A stretch of DNA of 64,000 bases. Origin: Bacillota bacterium (GTDB lineage Bacteria > Bacillota > Ch66 > Ch109). Under the pieces are notes generated by a model. That model searched no databases and was not told the origin of the DNA. It was given only the letters and a program-made list of their open reading frames with translations. Position numbers and translations under genes: made by a program. The DNA is taken from the NCBI GenBank assembly GCA_050952625.1, contig JBMNLH010000001.1, positions 384,001 to 448,000 of the forward strand, given 5' to 3'. Shown here one piece after another: positions 41,384 to 53,531 of the stretch (position 1 is its first letter; the number at the start of each line of letters is the position of its first letter).

Positions 41384-41532
41384 TATGATTCCACTGCGAA
41401 AACCCCATGGAGTAACAAAATAGTTCCAAAATTAGCAGGAAAACAACAATAAATGTTGAAATACAATATAAGCATCAAATATATATAGGCATATCCAACT
41501 ACTATATTTTGTTCCAGGAGGATCCGAATGTT
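41384..41532 (+). mobile_element. 149-bp IS left end, copy A (ends just after the transposase ATG)
   Basis: Direct repeat of 51635-51783 with about 4 mismatches. Confidence 0.85.
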
Positions 41533-42227
41533 ATATGGAGAGGTAACTACAGGCTTTCCGAAGATGGTGTTATCTGAAGAATACCACAGATAACTGCCGC
41601 TTGTATCTTTAAGGGTTCTGAGAAGCATGGCTGTATTATCGTGCATAATAAACACAGCGTTATTGCGATATTCATCTTTTAATGAAAAATACAGAGAGAT
41701 AATCTCGTCAAAAGAGATGGTAGCACTATCTGCTGTAGTTACATCTGCATCTGCCGTAAGGATACCTGTTGGCTGTGTTGTGCCATTTCCATTAAGCAAT
41801 GCATTTTCCTCAGCCTTGCCAAAACGCTTCGTAAAATCACCCATCAGATATTTTTTAAGATTAAAGTTCATATCGGTGACAAATGAGCGGTTTAGCTTGA
41901 CAAGAGATGCCAGCTTGTATGATTTCACCTGAAACTGTGTAAATGTATCGGTACTTTCGGGGATTGGATCTCCATCTTCAACCCAATCTGCTATACCCGT
42001 TGAGGATACCGCTTGAATTTACCTTCTGCAGAAGATAGATTGATAACAGTAGCAAATCTGCGGAATATATTCTCTTTTGCCAAAGCAGTGTTAAAGCCTT
42101 CTCTGAACTCATCTGGTGCGACATAGGCTCCTGCATTATCAAAGCCCTCGCTTAGATTTTGATTATTTTCTTCTTTTCCTTTCATAACATTCCAAAACGC
42201 TCTATTATAAGTTGTTGATGTTGCCAT
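41533..42227 (-). pseudogene. HK97-fold major capsid homolog, frameshifted near 42020 and 3'-truncated by the IS end
   Basis: GAYVAPDEF, EENALLNGNGTTQPTGIL and LRTLKDTSGSYLW motifs. Confidence 0.85.
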
Positions 42228-42269
42228 AATCGTTTACCTCCTAAATTAAAATTGATTATGGGGTATATA

Positions 42270-42356
42270 CCCCGTTTGAAACCGCATTTTTTTACGCGTT
42301 GCCCCACGCCCGTTGTCCAGATGAAAAGGTGTGGAGATTTAACCTCCCCTAGGGGG
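42270..42356 (-). other. cos-like packaging site
   Basis: Reverse complement GGGGAGGTTAAATCTC...AACGGGCGTGGGGCAACGCGTAAAAAAATGCG resembles cos regions of Firmicutes HK97-type elements. Confidence 0.5.
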
Positions 42357-42406
42357 TAGGTATCAACACATAGGGTTGTTTCAGTGTTTTTTGTGGTTTT
42401 AAGCTT

Positions 42407-42494
42407 TGTAGCAAGATGTAGCAGGTAAAAACTAAACTCTCTATACGAGAGCGATTTTTTATATAACCTGTTTTTCTTGCTACAAGCTGCTACA
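42407..42494. other. Putative replication origin (inverted iteron pairs around an AT-rich core)
   Basis: TGTAGCA at 42407 and 42417, TGCTACA at 42478 and 42488, immediately downstream of the primase gene. Confidence 0.65.
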
Positions 42495-42500
42495 CTGTGT

Positions 42501-44075
42501 TTAAATAAGAAAAAATTCTTCTTCGGTCAGTTTATATCCGATAAGCATTGTGGTCATTCCACCACCAGAACGTGGTCGTTTCCGTTCTACACGGGCAATA
42601 GCTGTTAATGCTTGTTTGAAGTTTCTTGCATTCTCTGAATAACATCCATTGGCACTGCACCAACGCTGATACCGGGCATACACTTCGGATGTCCGCACCT
42701 CACTGTTAGGACTTTCCTCCAAGGCATCCTCGAAAAATAATGCTATTTTGTCGCTGTCACGCTTATAAGCCTCCGTTGCTGTCTTAACGGAATCAGGTAA
42801 AGTCAAGCCTTCTTTCTTTAACAACTGATAGCCTTCAATTAGCCAGTTGAGGATAGCACTCTGATTCTTCGCTTTGGCGAATTCACGTTTTAAGTTTTTA
42901 TCCTGCTCGCTTTCATCAAAGTGTCGTTCAAAAGGGATAATCACCACTCTGCCACTGGAAAATAGCGTCATATCCGTAATAACGGGCAGATAATTGGTGT
43001 TGATATACAGCTTAAACTTTGGCGAAAAGTCAAAAGAATTCTCATGTAGAAACCTTGCGTTGATGGTGTCACCACCCGTCATGCTTTTTACCTGTGCAAC
43101 ATTTAGGACAAGTCCTCTGCTAGGTTCTGATATATTCACAAAGCGTACTCCTGCAAGCCGGGCAATATCTTCACTTGGACTTGAACTGTTATTGTTCTTT
43201 TTCAGACTGATAGTCTCCGGCCTTGCGGTACAGCCATAACTGCCTAATACCTTAAGAATGCTCTCACATAGCGTACCTTTACCGTTTCGAGTTGTAGCAC
43301 CATAGAGAACAAACAGGCATTCATACCGAGTGTCTCCGCTGATACTGTAGCCAAAGGCTTTTTGGAGGAATTTTGCCTTTTCCTCATCCCCGCTCATAAT
43401 CTCATGAATAAATCTATCCCATCGCTCGCTTTTTGCTTCCGGGTCATATTTAACACCAGATATCTTTGTAAGTCTGTCCTCGCTGTTGTGGGAACGAAAA
43501 TCCATGGATATTAAAAACAAGGTGCCATTGGCACAGTTGAGCACAAGCAGGTCTTGGTCAAATTCAGCCATTGATATGGGATATACGCTCTGTGCATCCC
43601 TAAGCACCGTTTCCCTGTATCTTCTTGACTGCCACTTTCGGCAATAGTCAATGTATGCCTTTCTTTGATGTTCATCCTGAATAGTCAAAGCATAGGTTAG
43701 CAGTTGGTTAGCCAATGATTTACACATTTCCATCACTTTGAGGTTACCGACATCGGGAATCCAAATGCCATTCTCATAGCAAAACCACATCTTCCTTTCG
43801 GGAACAAAGCGAGCAAAAGATTTATGATAATCAGCAAACAGCCTGCTTGCCCCAATATCCGTCCAAGGGTAGCGACCGTTACTCTCAGGCTTAAAGTCAG
43901 CAAGGGAACATTCTCCAAAATCTTCTACAGCTGATGAACACTTACCACCTGGTTTGTATATTTCAGTAGCATTTGCGATAGCTTTTTCTATGGTTATCAT
44001 TCCATAAGTACTGCCAGACTGCGGTCTATTCCATTTATCTCGCATTAGGGCCGCTCTGCCGGAAAAGTCTGACTC
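42501..44075 (-). pseudogene. P4-family/D5-like primase-helicase lacking its N-terminal part
   Basis: WTDIG, GATTRNGKGT Walker A, TGGDTINARFL and TNYLP motifs; upstream RLFRQSG lies in another frame and the N-terminus is missing. Confidence 0.85.
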
Positions 44076-44514
44076 GGAAGGTCATGCAAAGTATTTTCCT
44101 CTCACCTTATAGCCTTGGTAGAACACATTAGTTGAGGATTTTCTAAAAATATTTTTTTTCCTCATCAATAAGCGAAGAATTCTATTGATTCGAACCCCTA
44201 AAATAAAAAAACAGCCTGTCTTTTTTCTAAGGTAAAGACAGCTGTAATGTTTATGCTTTTGCTCAAATTTGAGCGAAAGTGGTATTAAATTTAAGAAGGC
44301 TTAATGTTATAACTTTGCCTTTGGTTTTACAAATAGACTTACAGACTTTTTTGTCTAAAAGTATTTATTTAAATAAAAATCAAAAATAAAGGCATACACA
44401 ACTATCATCATCTTTGTTAATATTGTAAAATTACTTCACAAACACAGAATTATCATGTTATGTTTGAAGAAAATGTGCTATAATGGAAAAAACATATATA
44501 AAGAGGTGACCAAA

Positions 44515-44736
44515 GTGTCCGTTAGCTATAAAAAGCTTTGGAAATTGTTGATAGACCGCGATATGAAGAAGAAAGATTTACAAGCTGCTGCGGGTATAAG
44601 TCCATCGTCAATTTCAAAGCTTTCTAAAAACGAATATGTCAGTATGGACGTTCTTGTAAAGGTTTGTACGGCGCTTGGCGTTGATTTTAAAGATATCATG
44701 GAATTAGTGCCGAATATGGTTGAAGAAAGGGAGTAG
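44515..44736 (+). CDS. Xre/Cro-like HTH regulator
   Basis: VSYKKLWKLLIDRDMKKKDL...KVCTAL. Confidence 0.9.
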   Translation: MSVSYKKLWKLLIDRDMKKKDLQAAAGISPSSISKLSKNEYVSMDVLVKVCTALGVDFKDIMELVPNMVEERE

Positions 44737-44740
44737 AGTT

Positions 44741-46309
44741 ATGGAAAACAACAGAAAAGAACAGGAACGGGCGGAATTACACCGCACGATATGGAATATG
44801 GCAAATGATCTAAGAGGCAGTGTAGATGGATGGGATTTTAAGCAATATGTTCTAGGTATGCTGTTTTACCGCTACATATCGGAAAATATTACCGCCTATA
44901 TTAACGCCGGAGAATGGGAAGCTGGCAATAGGGAATTTGATTATGTCAAGCTATCCGACGAAGAAGCAGGACAGGCACGAGAGGATTTAGTTAAGACAAA
45001 AGGCTTCTTTATTTTACCCAGCGAGCTTTTTGAAAATGTCCGAGCTCGTGCAAAGGACGATGAAAACTTAAATGAAACATTAGAGCAGGTTTTCAGTAAT
45101 ATAGAAGCATCTGCGCAAGGAACAGAGAGTGAAGATAATTTCAAAGGTCTGTTTGACGATCTCGATGTTAACAGTAATAAGCTAGGAAACACTGTAGTAA
45201 AGCGTAATGAAAAGCTGGTTAAGCTATTGAATTCTGTCGGAGAAATGAAGCTGGGAGATTACAAAGACAATAACATAGATGCATTTGGTGATGCTTATGA
45301 ATTCTTAATGGGTATGTATGCTTCCAATGCCGGAAAAAGTGGTGGTGAATACTATACGCCACAGGAGGTTTCTGAACTCCTTACCCACCTAACATTAGTA
45401 GGAAAAACTGAAGTCAATAAGGTATATGACCCCGCTTGTGGTTCTGGCTCTTTACTGCTAAAATTTGCAAAAATCTTAGGAAAAGAAAATGTACGTCTAG
45501 GTTTCTTCGGTCAAGAAATCAACATTACAACCTACAACCTGTGCCGAATCAATATGTTCCTGCACGACATTGATTATGACAAATTTGATATTGCCCTTGG
45601 AGACACGCTAACAGATCCGCAACATTGGGATGATGAGCCTTTTGAAGCCATTGTATCAAATCCACCTTACTCTATTAAATGGAAGGGGGCCAGCGATCCG
45701 ATTTTGATTAACGATCCCCGTTTTTCTCCAGCTGGGGTACTGGCTCCTAAATCTAAGGCAGACCTTGCTTTTATTATGCATAGTCTTTCTTGGCTTGCGA
45801 CAAACGGAACAGCGGCTATCGTTTGTTTCCCCGGCGTAATGTACCGTGGCGGTGCTGAAAAGAAAATCAGGCAGTACCTGATTGACAATAACTATATCGA
45901 CTGTATCATTCAGTTGCCGGATAACCTGTTTTATGGCACCAGCATTGCTACCTGCATTATGGTGCTGAAGAAGTCCAAATCAGAAAATAGCACCTTATTT
46001 ATCGATGCATCAAAGGAATTTGTCAAAGTTACGAATAACAACAAACTTACACAAGAAAATATTGAGACCGTTCTTAACGCATTCAAAGATAGAAAAGATA
46101 TTGAGCACTTTGCCAGGCTTGTGCCAAACAGTGAAATTACTGAAGAGGATTACAACCTTTCTGTTTCTACCTATGTGGAACAGGAGGATACCAGAGAAAA
46201 GATTGATATTGTTGCCCTTAATGCTGAGATAGAAAAGATTGTGGCGAGAGAGCAGGTTTTGAGGGAAGAAATAGATAAGATTATAGCGGAAATTGAGGTG
46301 GGCAAATGA
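44741..46309 (+). CDS. hsdM: Type I R-M methyltransferase subunit
   Basis: GEYYTP, DPACGSGSLL and NPPY motifs. Confidence 0.97.
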   Translation: MENNRKEQERAELHRTIWNMANDLRGSVDGWDFKQYVLGMLFYRYISENITAYINAGEWEAGNREFDYVKLSDEEAGQAREDLVKTKGFFILPSELFENVRARAKDDENLNETLEQVFSNIEASAQGTESEDNFKGLFDDLDVNSNKLGNTVVKRNEKLVKLLNSVGEMKLGDYKDNNIDAFGDAYEFLMGMYASNAGKSGGEYYTPQEVSELLTHLTLVGKTEVNKVYDPACGSGSLLLKFAKILGKENVRLGFFGQEINITTYNLCRINMFLHDIDYDKFDIALGDTLTDPQHWDDEPFEAIVSNPPYSIKWKGASDPILINDPRFSPAGVLAPKSKADLAFIMHSLSWLATNGTAAIVCFPGVMYRGGAEKKIRQYLIDNNYIDCIIQLPDNLFYGTSIATCIMVLKKSKSENSTLFIDASKEFVKVTNNNKLTQENIETVLNAFKDRKDIEHFARLVPNSEITEEDYNLSVSTYVEQEDTREKIDIVALNAEIEKIVAREQVLREEIDKIIAEIEVGK

Positions 46310-47322
46310 GTAAAGAACTTCAATTTTTAATATACAACACTCCTGAAGAAAATGTATCGGTTAATGCGGTTATTAAAGACGAATCCATTTGGCTAACCCA
46401 AAAAGCAATGGCAGAATTGTTTGATTGTACAACAGACAATATATCTTTACACCTAAAAAATATATACGCAGATGGTGAGCTTAATGAAAGTTCAACTACC
46501 GAGGAATTCTCGGTAGTTCAACAGGAAGGCAAAAGAAGAGTGAAAAGAAAAACAAAGTTCTATAATCTTGATGTCATTATTTCAGTTGGTTATCGTGTTA
46601 ATTCACGCAAAGCAACACGTTTTAGAATTTGGGCAACTGGTGTATTAAAAGAGTATATGATAAAAGGCTTTGCTATGGATGATGAAAGATTGAAGCAGGG
46701 TAAAACTGCTTTTGGCAAAGACTATTTTCGTGAACTTCTCGAACGTGTTCGCTCAATCAGGGCGAGCGAAAGGCGCATTTGGCAGCAAATCACCGATATA
46801 TTTGCTGAGTGCAGTATAGATTATGACAAGGATGCACAGGTCACACGTGATTTTTATGCCATGGTGCAAAATAAATTTCATTATGCTATCACTGGGCAAA
46901 CAGCGGCAGAGATTATCTATTCAAAATCCGATCGCAATAAAGAAAATATGGGTCTTACAACATGGAAAAATGCACCGGACGGGCGAATATTAAAATCCGA
47001 TGTTACAGTTGCAAAAAACTATCTTGAGGAAAAACAAATAAAGCAATTGGAAAGGACGATTTCCGGTTATTTTGATTATATAGAAGATTTGATTGAACGG
47101 GGAAATGTCTTCACGATGGAAGAGTTTTCCGAAAGCATTAACGAGTTTCTCTCCTTCAGAAAATATAAGATTTTAAAAGATAAGGGAAGCATTTCAAAAA
47201 AACAGGCTGATGCAAAGGCAGAAGAAGAATATACTCACTTTAATAAGACACAAAAAATTATTTCTGATTTTGACCGCCAGGTAAAAAAGCTGATAGCTAA
47301 AGGTGGTGATGGCAATGAGTAG
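46306..47322 (+). CDS. RhuM-family protein
   Basis: WLTQKAMAELF, YNLDVIISVGYRVNS and QNKFHYAITGQTAAE motifs. Confidence 0.9.
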   Translation: MSKELQFLIYNTPEENVSVNAVIKDESIWLTQKAMAELFDCTTDNISLHLKNIYADGELNESSTTEEFSVVQQEGKRRVKRKTKFYNLDVIISVGYRVNSRKATRFRIWATGVLKEYMIKGFAMDDERLKQGKTAFGKDYFRELLERVRSIRASERRIWQQITDIFAECSIDYDKDAQVTRDFYAMVQNKFHYAITGQTAAEIIYSKSDRNKENMGLTTWKNAPDGRILKSDVTVAKNYLEEKQIKQLERTISGYFDYIEDLIERGNVFTMEEFSESINEFLSFRKYKILKDKGSISKKQADAKAEEEYTHFNKTQKIISDFDRQVKKLIAKGGDGNE

Positions 47323-48468
47323 ATTAAATCAGTTGATTGCTGAGCTTTGTCCTGATGGGGTGAAATATGCAAAGTTAAGCGAAATTTCGCCACCAAAAAG
47401 GGGGGTGAGAGTAGTAAAAAGCCAACTCATGTCAGAGGGCGAATACCCTGTATATCAAAACAGTATGACGCCGTTGGGATATTATAAGAAAAGCAATTGC
47501 TCCGCATACACGGTTTTCATTATCAGTGCAGGTGCGGCAGGCGAAGTTGATTACAGCACAAGGGATTTTTGGGCAGCAGACGATTGCTTCTACTTTATAT
47601 GCCCTGAGCAATTGCTTAGCCGATTTCTTTACTATGCGTTAATGTGTCAGCGGGAGTATTTGATTTCTAGAGTTCGTAGGCAAGTGTTCCGCGATTAGCA
47701 CGGTCGGTTATTGAGAACGTAAAAATTCCCGTTCCCCCTCTAGCTGTTCAGCAGGAAATTGTCCGTATTCTGGACAATTTCACAGAGCTTACAGCAGAGC
47801 TTACAGCAGAGCTTACAGCAGAGCTTACAGCAAGAAGAAAGCAGTATGAGTATTATAGGTATTTACTGCTTACGTTTGGTAATAACCCCGATATCAAGTG
47901 GATGACATTGGGGGAAATTGGACCTGTTTGTATGTGTAAGCGTATTATGAAAGCAGAAACAAGTCCAGTTGGTGATGTTCCATTCTTTAAAATTGGGACA
48001 TTTGGAAAAGAACCAGATGCTTTTATTTCACAGGAAAAATATGATGAATACCGAAAAGCATTTTCTTTCCCTAAAAAAGGCGATATTCTTATATCTGCTG
48101 CTGGAACAATCGGAAGAACAGTAATTTATGATGGAAAACCAGCTTATTACCAAGATTCTAATATTGTGTGGATTGATAATGATGAGAGTAAAGTGTTAAA
48201 TAAATATCTATATTATTGCTATGCGATGAAGCCTTGGTCAATATCTACTGGGGGAACTATTGCAAGGCTATATAATGACAATATTTCAAAGGCTAAAATT
48301 CCTGTCCCACCCTTAGAAGAACAAGAGCGCATTGTCGCCATCCTAGACCACTTTGACGCTCTCTGTAACGACTTAACCAGCGGCATTCCTGCTGAAATTG
48401 AAGCACGGCAAAAGCAATATGAATATTACAGGGATAAACTGTTATCTTTCAAGGAGGTGACGGCATGA
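47315..48468 (+). pseudogene. hsdS: Type IC specificity subunit, -1 frameshift near 47680
   Basis: Two IPVPPL..Q motifs, TAEL repeats and RKQYEYYR; CGTAGGCAAGT lacks one G of the expected AGG GCA. Confidence 0.92.
47785..47832 (+). repeat. 4 x 12-bp GAGCTTACAGCA (TAEL spacer-length repeat)
   Basis: Perfect tandem repeat in the central conserved region of hsdS. Confidence 0.95.
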
Positions 48469-51400
48469 GTATATACAACATCGTTGCTAGTACTGACGAA
48501 GCAACGGTTGTTGCTGAATATGCAGCTGAATATAATGTCCGTCCTGAAAAGTATCAGAGTGAGGCAGAACTTGAGCGGGAGTTTATTAGGCAACTGACTT
48601 CCCAAGGATATGAATATATTTCAGTGCACAATGAAGCTGCATTGATAGAAAATCTCCGAAAGCAACTTGAACTGCTTAATGACTTCACCTTTACTGATAG
48701 TGAATGGGATAGATTCTTCACAGAATGTATTGCCAATACCAACGAGGGAATTGTTGAAAAGACCAGAAAAATTCAGGATGACCATATCCAGATTCTGAAA
48801 CGCGAAGATGGAACAACAAAGAATATATACCTTTTGGATAAGAAGAATGTCCATAACAATCGCTTGCAGGTTATTAATCAATACGAAGAAGCAGGCGGCA
48901 AGCATGAAACCCGATATGATGTGACAATCCTTGCAAATGGGCTTCCCCTTGTCCATGTGGAGTTAAAGCGGCGTGGTGTTGCTATCCGTGAAGCCTTCAA
49001 TCAGATAAAAAGATACCAGCGTGACAGCTTTTGGGCGTCTTCTGGTCTATTTGAGTATGTACAAATATTCGTAATCTCAAATGGCACCCACACAAAGTAT
49101 TATAGCAACACCACAAGAAATGCTCATATCAAGGAGCAAAGCAGCAGTGAACGTCGAAGAAGTAAAAAAACAAGCAACAGCTTTGAGTTTACCAGCTTTT
49201 GGGCAGATGCAAACAACAAAATCATTCCTGACCTTGTGGACTTTACTAAAACATTTTTTGCCAGGCATACCCTCTTAAATATTCTAACAAAATATTGTAT
49301 TTTTACATCTGAAGATCTGCTCCTTGTAATGCGTCCTTATCAAATCGCTGCTGCGGAACGTATCTTATCACGTATTGTAGTATCAACCAACTACAAGAAG
49401 ATGGGCACAACTGCAGCCGGAGGATATATCTGGCATACAACAGGCTCTGGTAAGACATTGACCAGTTTTAAGACAGCCCAATTAGCTTCTGCCTTGCCTT
49501 ACATAGATAAGGTACTGTTCGTTGTTGACCGTAAAGACTTAGACTCTGGATTATCAGACCATGAAGGAATATGATCGTTTTGAAAAGGGAGCTGCTAATG
49601 GTAATACGTCCACAAGAGTTCTTCAAAGACAATTGGAAGACAGGGACGAAAAAGGAAATCCTCATGAATACAAAATCATTGTAACCACTATTCAGAAGTT
49701 GGATATATTTATCCGTAAAAACAAACAGCATGATATTTATAAGAAACACGTGGTGCTGATTTTCGATGAGTGTCACCGTTCCCAATTTGGAGAAATGCAT
49801 CAAGCCATTACCAAGAGTTTTAAAAACTACCATATCTTCGGCTTTACGGGAACTCCGATTTTTGCCGCCAATGCCAGTTCCAGCGGCAACCCACTGCTTC
49901 GTACAACCGAGCAGGCTTTTGGAGAAAGGCTGCATACTTATACCATTGTAGATGCCATCAATGATGGGAATGTTCTGCCTTTTAGAATAGATTTCATCAA
50001 TACGATTAAAATGACGGACAATATTAATGATAAAAAGGTTCGTAGCATAGACCGAGAAAAAGCCCTAGCTGACCCTCAGCGAATCAGTGAAATTGTTTCT
50101 TACGTTCTTGAACATTTTGATCAGAAGACGAAGCGTAATAGTTATTACACCTTCTCTGCGAAATGGGAAGAAGCAGATAAGCACAACCCTAAAAAGATGA
50201 TGGAAAAGCGTGAAACAAGGCGAGTTGCCGGTTTCAACTCCATATTTGCTGCTGCCTCCATCCCAATGGCAATCAGATACTATAATGAGTTTAAGAAGCA
50301 GATAGCGGAAAAGAACCGTAACCTTACCATTGCAACTATTTTCAGTTTTAGTGCAAATGAGGAGGAGCCAGATGGACTGTTGCCTGAAGAGGATTTTAAT
50401 ATGGAAAACCTTGACCAAAGCTCCAGGGATTTTCTTGAGGCGGCTATCCGAGATTACAATTCCACATTTAGCACAAATTACGATACTTCCTCGGACAAGT
50501 TCCAGAATTATTATAAAGACCTCTCTCTTCGTGTAAAGAATCGGGAGATTGATATATTGATTGTTGTCAATATGTTCCTTACAGGCTTTGATGCAACAAC
50601 CCTGAATACACTATGGGTAGACAAAAATCTGCGGCAGCATGGACTGATTCAGGCTTTTTCAAGAACTAACCGCATCTTAAACAGCGTTAAGACCTATGGT
50701 AATATCGTTTGTTTCCGAGATTTGAAAGAAGAGACAGACAAAGCTATTGCGCTATTCGGTAATAAGGATGCTGGCGGTATTGTACTGCTAAAAACATACG
50801 AAGAATATTATAAGGGATATGATGAAAAAGGTGAACACAAGCCGGGCTATGCTGAACTGATTGCAACCCTTACAACACAGTATCCCCTGGGACAACCTAT
50901 TCTTGGAGAAGAAGCAGAAAAAGACTTTATCCGGTTATATGGAGCAATACTTCGACTCAGAAATATTCTTACTTCTTTCGATGACTTTGAAGGAAATGAG
51001 ATTTTATCTGAAAGGGATTTTCAGGACTATCAGAGCATTTATATTGACCTATATCAGAAGTTCCGCCCAAAGGACGACAGAGACAAAGAAACTATCAATG
51101 ATGACATAGTTTTTGAGATTGAACTGGTCAAACAGATAGAGGTAAATATTGACTATATCCTTATGCTTGTAGCTAAATATCAACAATCCAACTGCAAGGA
51201 TAAAACCATTCTTACGACCATTGATAAGGCTATCAATTCGAGTATTGAACTTCGAAGCAAGAAAGAGCTTATCGAGCGTTTTATAGAGCAAGTCAATGTA
51301 TCGACCAAAGTGGATGAGGATTGGCGTAAATTCCTCCATGAGCGTAAGGAAGCGGATATTACAGCAATTATAGAAGAAGAAAAATTAAAGCCTGAAGAAA

Positions 51401-51573
51401 CCCGCCGTTTCATCGACAATGCTTTCCGAGACGGAATGCTTAAAACGACCGGTACAGCTATTGATAAAATCATGCCACCTGTATCCCGCTTTGGCGGAGG
51501 CAGAGCTGCGAAAAAGCAAGGAATTATTGAAAAACTGATGTTATTCTTTGAGAAGTATTTAGGGTTGGTGTAG
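48465..51573 (+). pseudogene. hsdR: Type I R-M restriction subunit, frameshift near 49545
   Basis: RYD...VELK, HTTGSGKT, DECHR and FTGTP motifs; DRKDLDYQT split by an apparent 7-bp insertion. Confidence 0.93.
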
Positions 51574-51634
51574 CAAATTGCATTACGATCATTAATAATA
51601 ATTAGCATTATAGTTGCTATGCTAACTAACAATG

Positions 51635-52322
51635 TATGATTCCACTGCGAAAACCCCATGAAGTAACAAAATAGTTCCAAAATTAGCAGGAAAACAACAA
51701 TAAATGTTGAAATACAATATAAGTATCAAATATATATAGGCATATCCAACTACAATATTTTGTTCCAGGAGGATCCGAAGGTTTCGGGAAAACAAAAGCC
51801 ACCTACAACAAGAACTATTTAATAGTTACTCATGGATGAATCCAAAGATCCAAGCTAGTTTGCAAGGAACTTGGGCACCCCTTTTCTATGAGCATGTATT
51901 TTGTAAAATCGACGAAACTCCTTTTGCTTGCTTGTACTGCCTGGACAATGGACGTCCCAATTTCCCCGTGAATATTTTACTTTCCTTAGAATTCATAAAA
52001 CACATGAAAAATTACACAGATGAAGACCTTCTAGAACAATTCCGTTTTAACTATCATGAAAGATGCCTGTCCGGTAAAGTTCCAGAAAAAAAGCACCTCG
52101 TTACGAGTTAACCAAAGTGACATATTTTTGGCCGAAGCTCGTGAACGAAAAGAAGATAAAAAAGCCAGAAAAGAAGCTACTAGTAAACGAGCAGCCATTG
52201 AAGGAACCAATTCCTCGCTAAAATGTTCTCAAGGAGCAGGAAAACTCAAAGTGCGGGGTATAGTCAAAGCAACATTGGTTACGGGAATGAAAATTATTGG
52301 TCACAACTTCAAACAAATCGTC
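51635..52322 (+). mobile_element. Internally deleted IS (IS1182/IS5-like DDE transposase remnant) with left end copy B
   Basis: Start codon mutated ATG>AGG; N-terminal LYCLDNGRPNFP joined to C-terminal RAAIEGTNSSLK...KLKVRG. Confidence 0.75.
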
Positions 52323-53530
52323 CAGGTCTGAAAGAGCTGTCACAGTGGCTTTGTAAAAACGACTGTAAGGATGTTTGTATGGAATCTACCGGGAAGTACT
52401 GGATTCCCGTATTTAATGTACTTGAAGATTCCTGTAACATCGTCCTAGCCCATCCTAAATACGTCAAAGCTATCCGTGGTAAGAAGACTGACAAAAAAGA
52501 CGCTAAATGGATTGCCGACCTATTCAAGCACGACCTTATAACCGGAAGCTTTATGCCCCCTCTTGCAATCAGGCAGCTTCGTGACCTTATGCGCTACCGC
52601 TTTAAACTCACTAACTTTATATCAAGCGAGAAAAACCGTCTGCAAAATTCCTTAACCGTATCCAATATTCAGCTTGGAAATGTTGTATCTGATACCTTTG
52701 GAAAAAGTTCTATGAACATCATTAACAAGCTTTTGGAGAATCCTTTAGATAACAATTTCGACATAGAACCACTTATTCACGCCTCTATGAAGGACAAACT
52801 TCCGGAATTGGAACTCGCCATTGACGGTTTTATTACGCCTGAACAAGCTGGAAAACTTAAGGTAATCAAGCAGCACTTACAAAGACCTTGAGTCACGAAA
52901 GGCTGATCTGGAACGAATTATCCTTTCTCTTTCCGAGCCCTACTCAGAAGAAATCAATCTGATCTTAACTGTTCCGTCCTTTAAGAACATCTTTTCAGCC
53001 ATCACAGTGATCTCTGAAATCGGTGCTAATATGGACGTGTTCCCGACAGCTAAGCATCTTTGCTCCTGGGCAGGGCTTACACCCACGAATAACGAAAGTG
53101 CCGGAAAGAAAAAGTCAGGAAGGATTTCAAGAGCTGGCTGTTATATTAAGCCGCTTCTGGTACAGTGTGCAACCGCTGTAGTTAAAAGCGAGAAGCATCC
53201 TGAAATCCGCAACCGCTATTTGAGACTTAAGCAGCGTCGTGGTCATAAAAAAGCGATCATTGCAATTGCTAGAATGCTTCTTACTGCTATCTACAACATC
53301 CTGAAAAAGAAAGAATCGTATAATGCTGAGCTATATAGAAAGTCGGATGTTCTTCCAGTAAACCGTGAAATCACGGTAGAACAAGCGATTATTTTGGCTA
53401 GAACCCAAGGTTACCGTATTCGCGCAGCATCTTAATTGCTTGCTGATTCAGGTCTCTTTTAGCCATCAACCAATGGCTTGCTTTGCTGTACCCACTTTAC
53501 TTTGTTGGTACCTCAATTAATTATTTCAGA
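52323..53530 (+). mobile_element. IS110-family transposase, 5'-truncated and frameshifted near 52885
   Basis: MESTGKYW, KKTDKKDAKWIA and SWAGLTPTNNESAGK motifs. Confidence 0.88.
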
Positions 53531-53531
53531 C

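Noticed and set aside
41383-41532. Hydrophobic C-terminus of the 181-aa capsid ORF as a real membrane anchor
   Set aside because: It is read-through into the antisense strand of the IS end.
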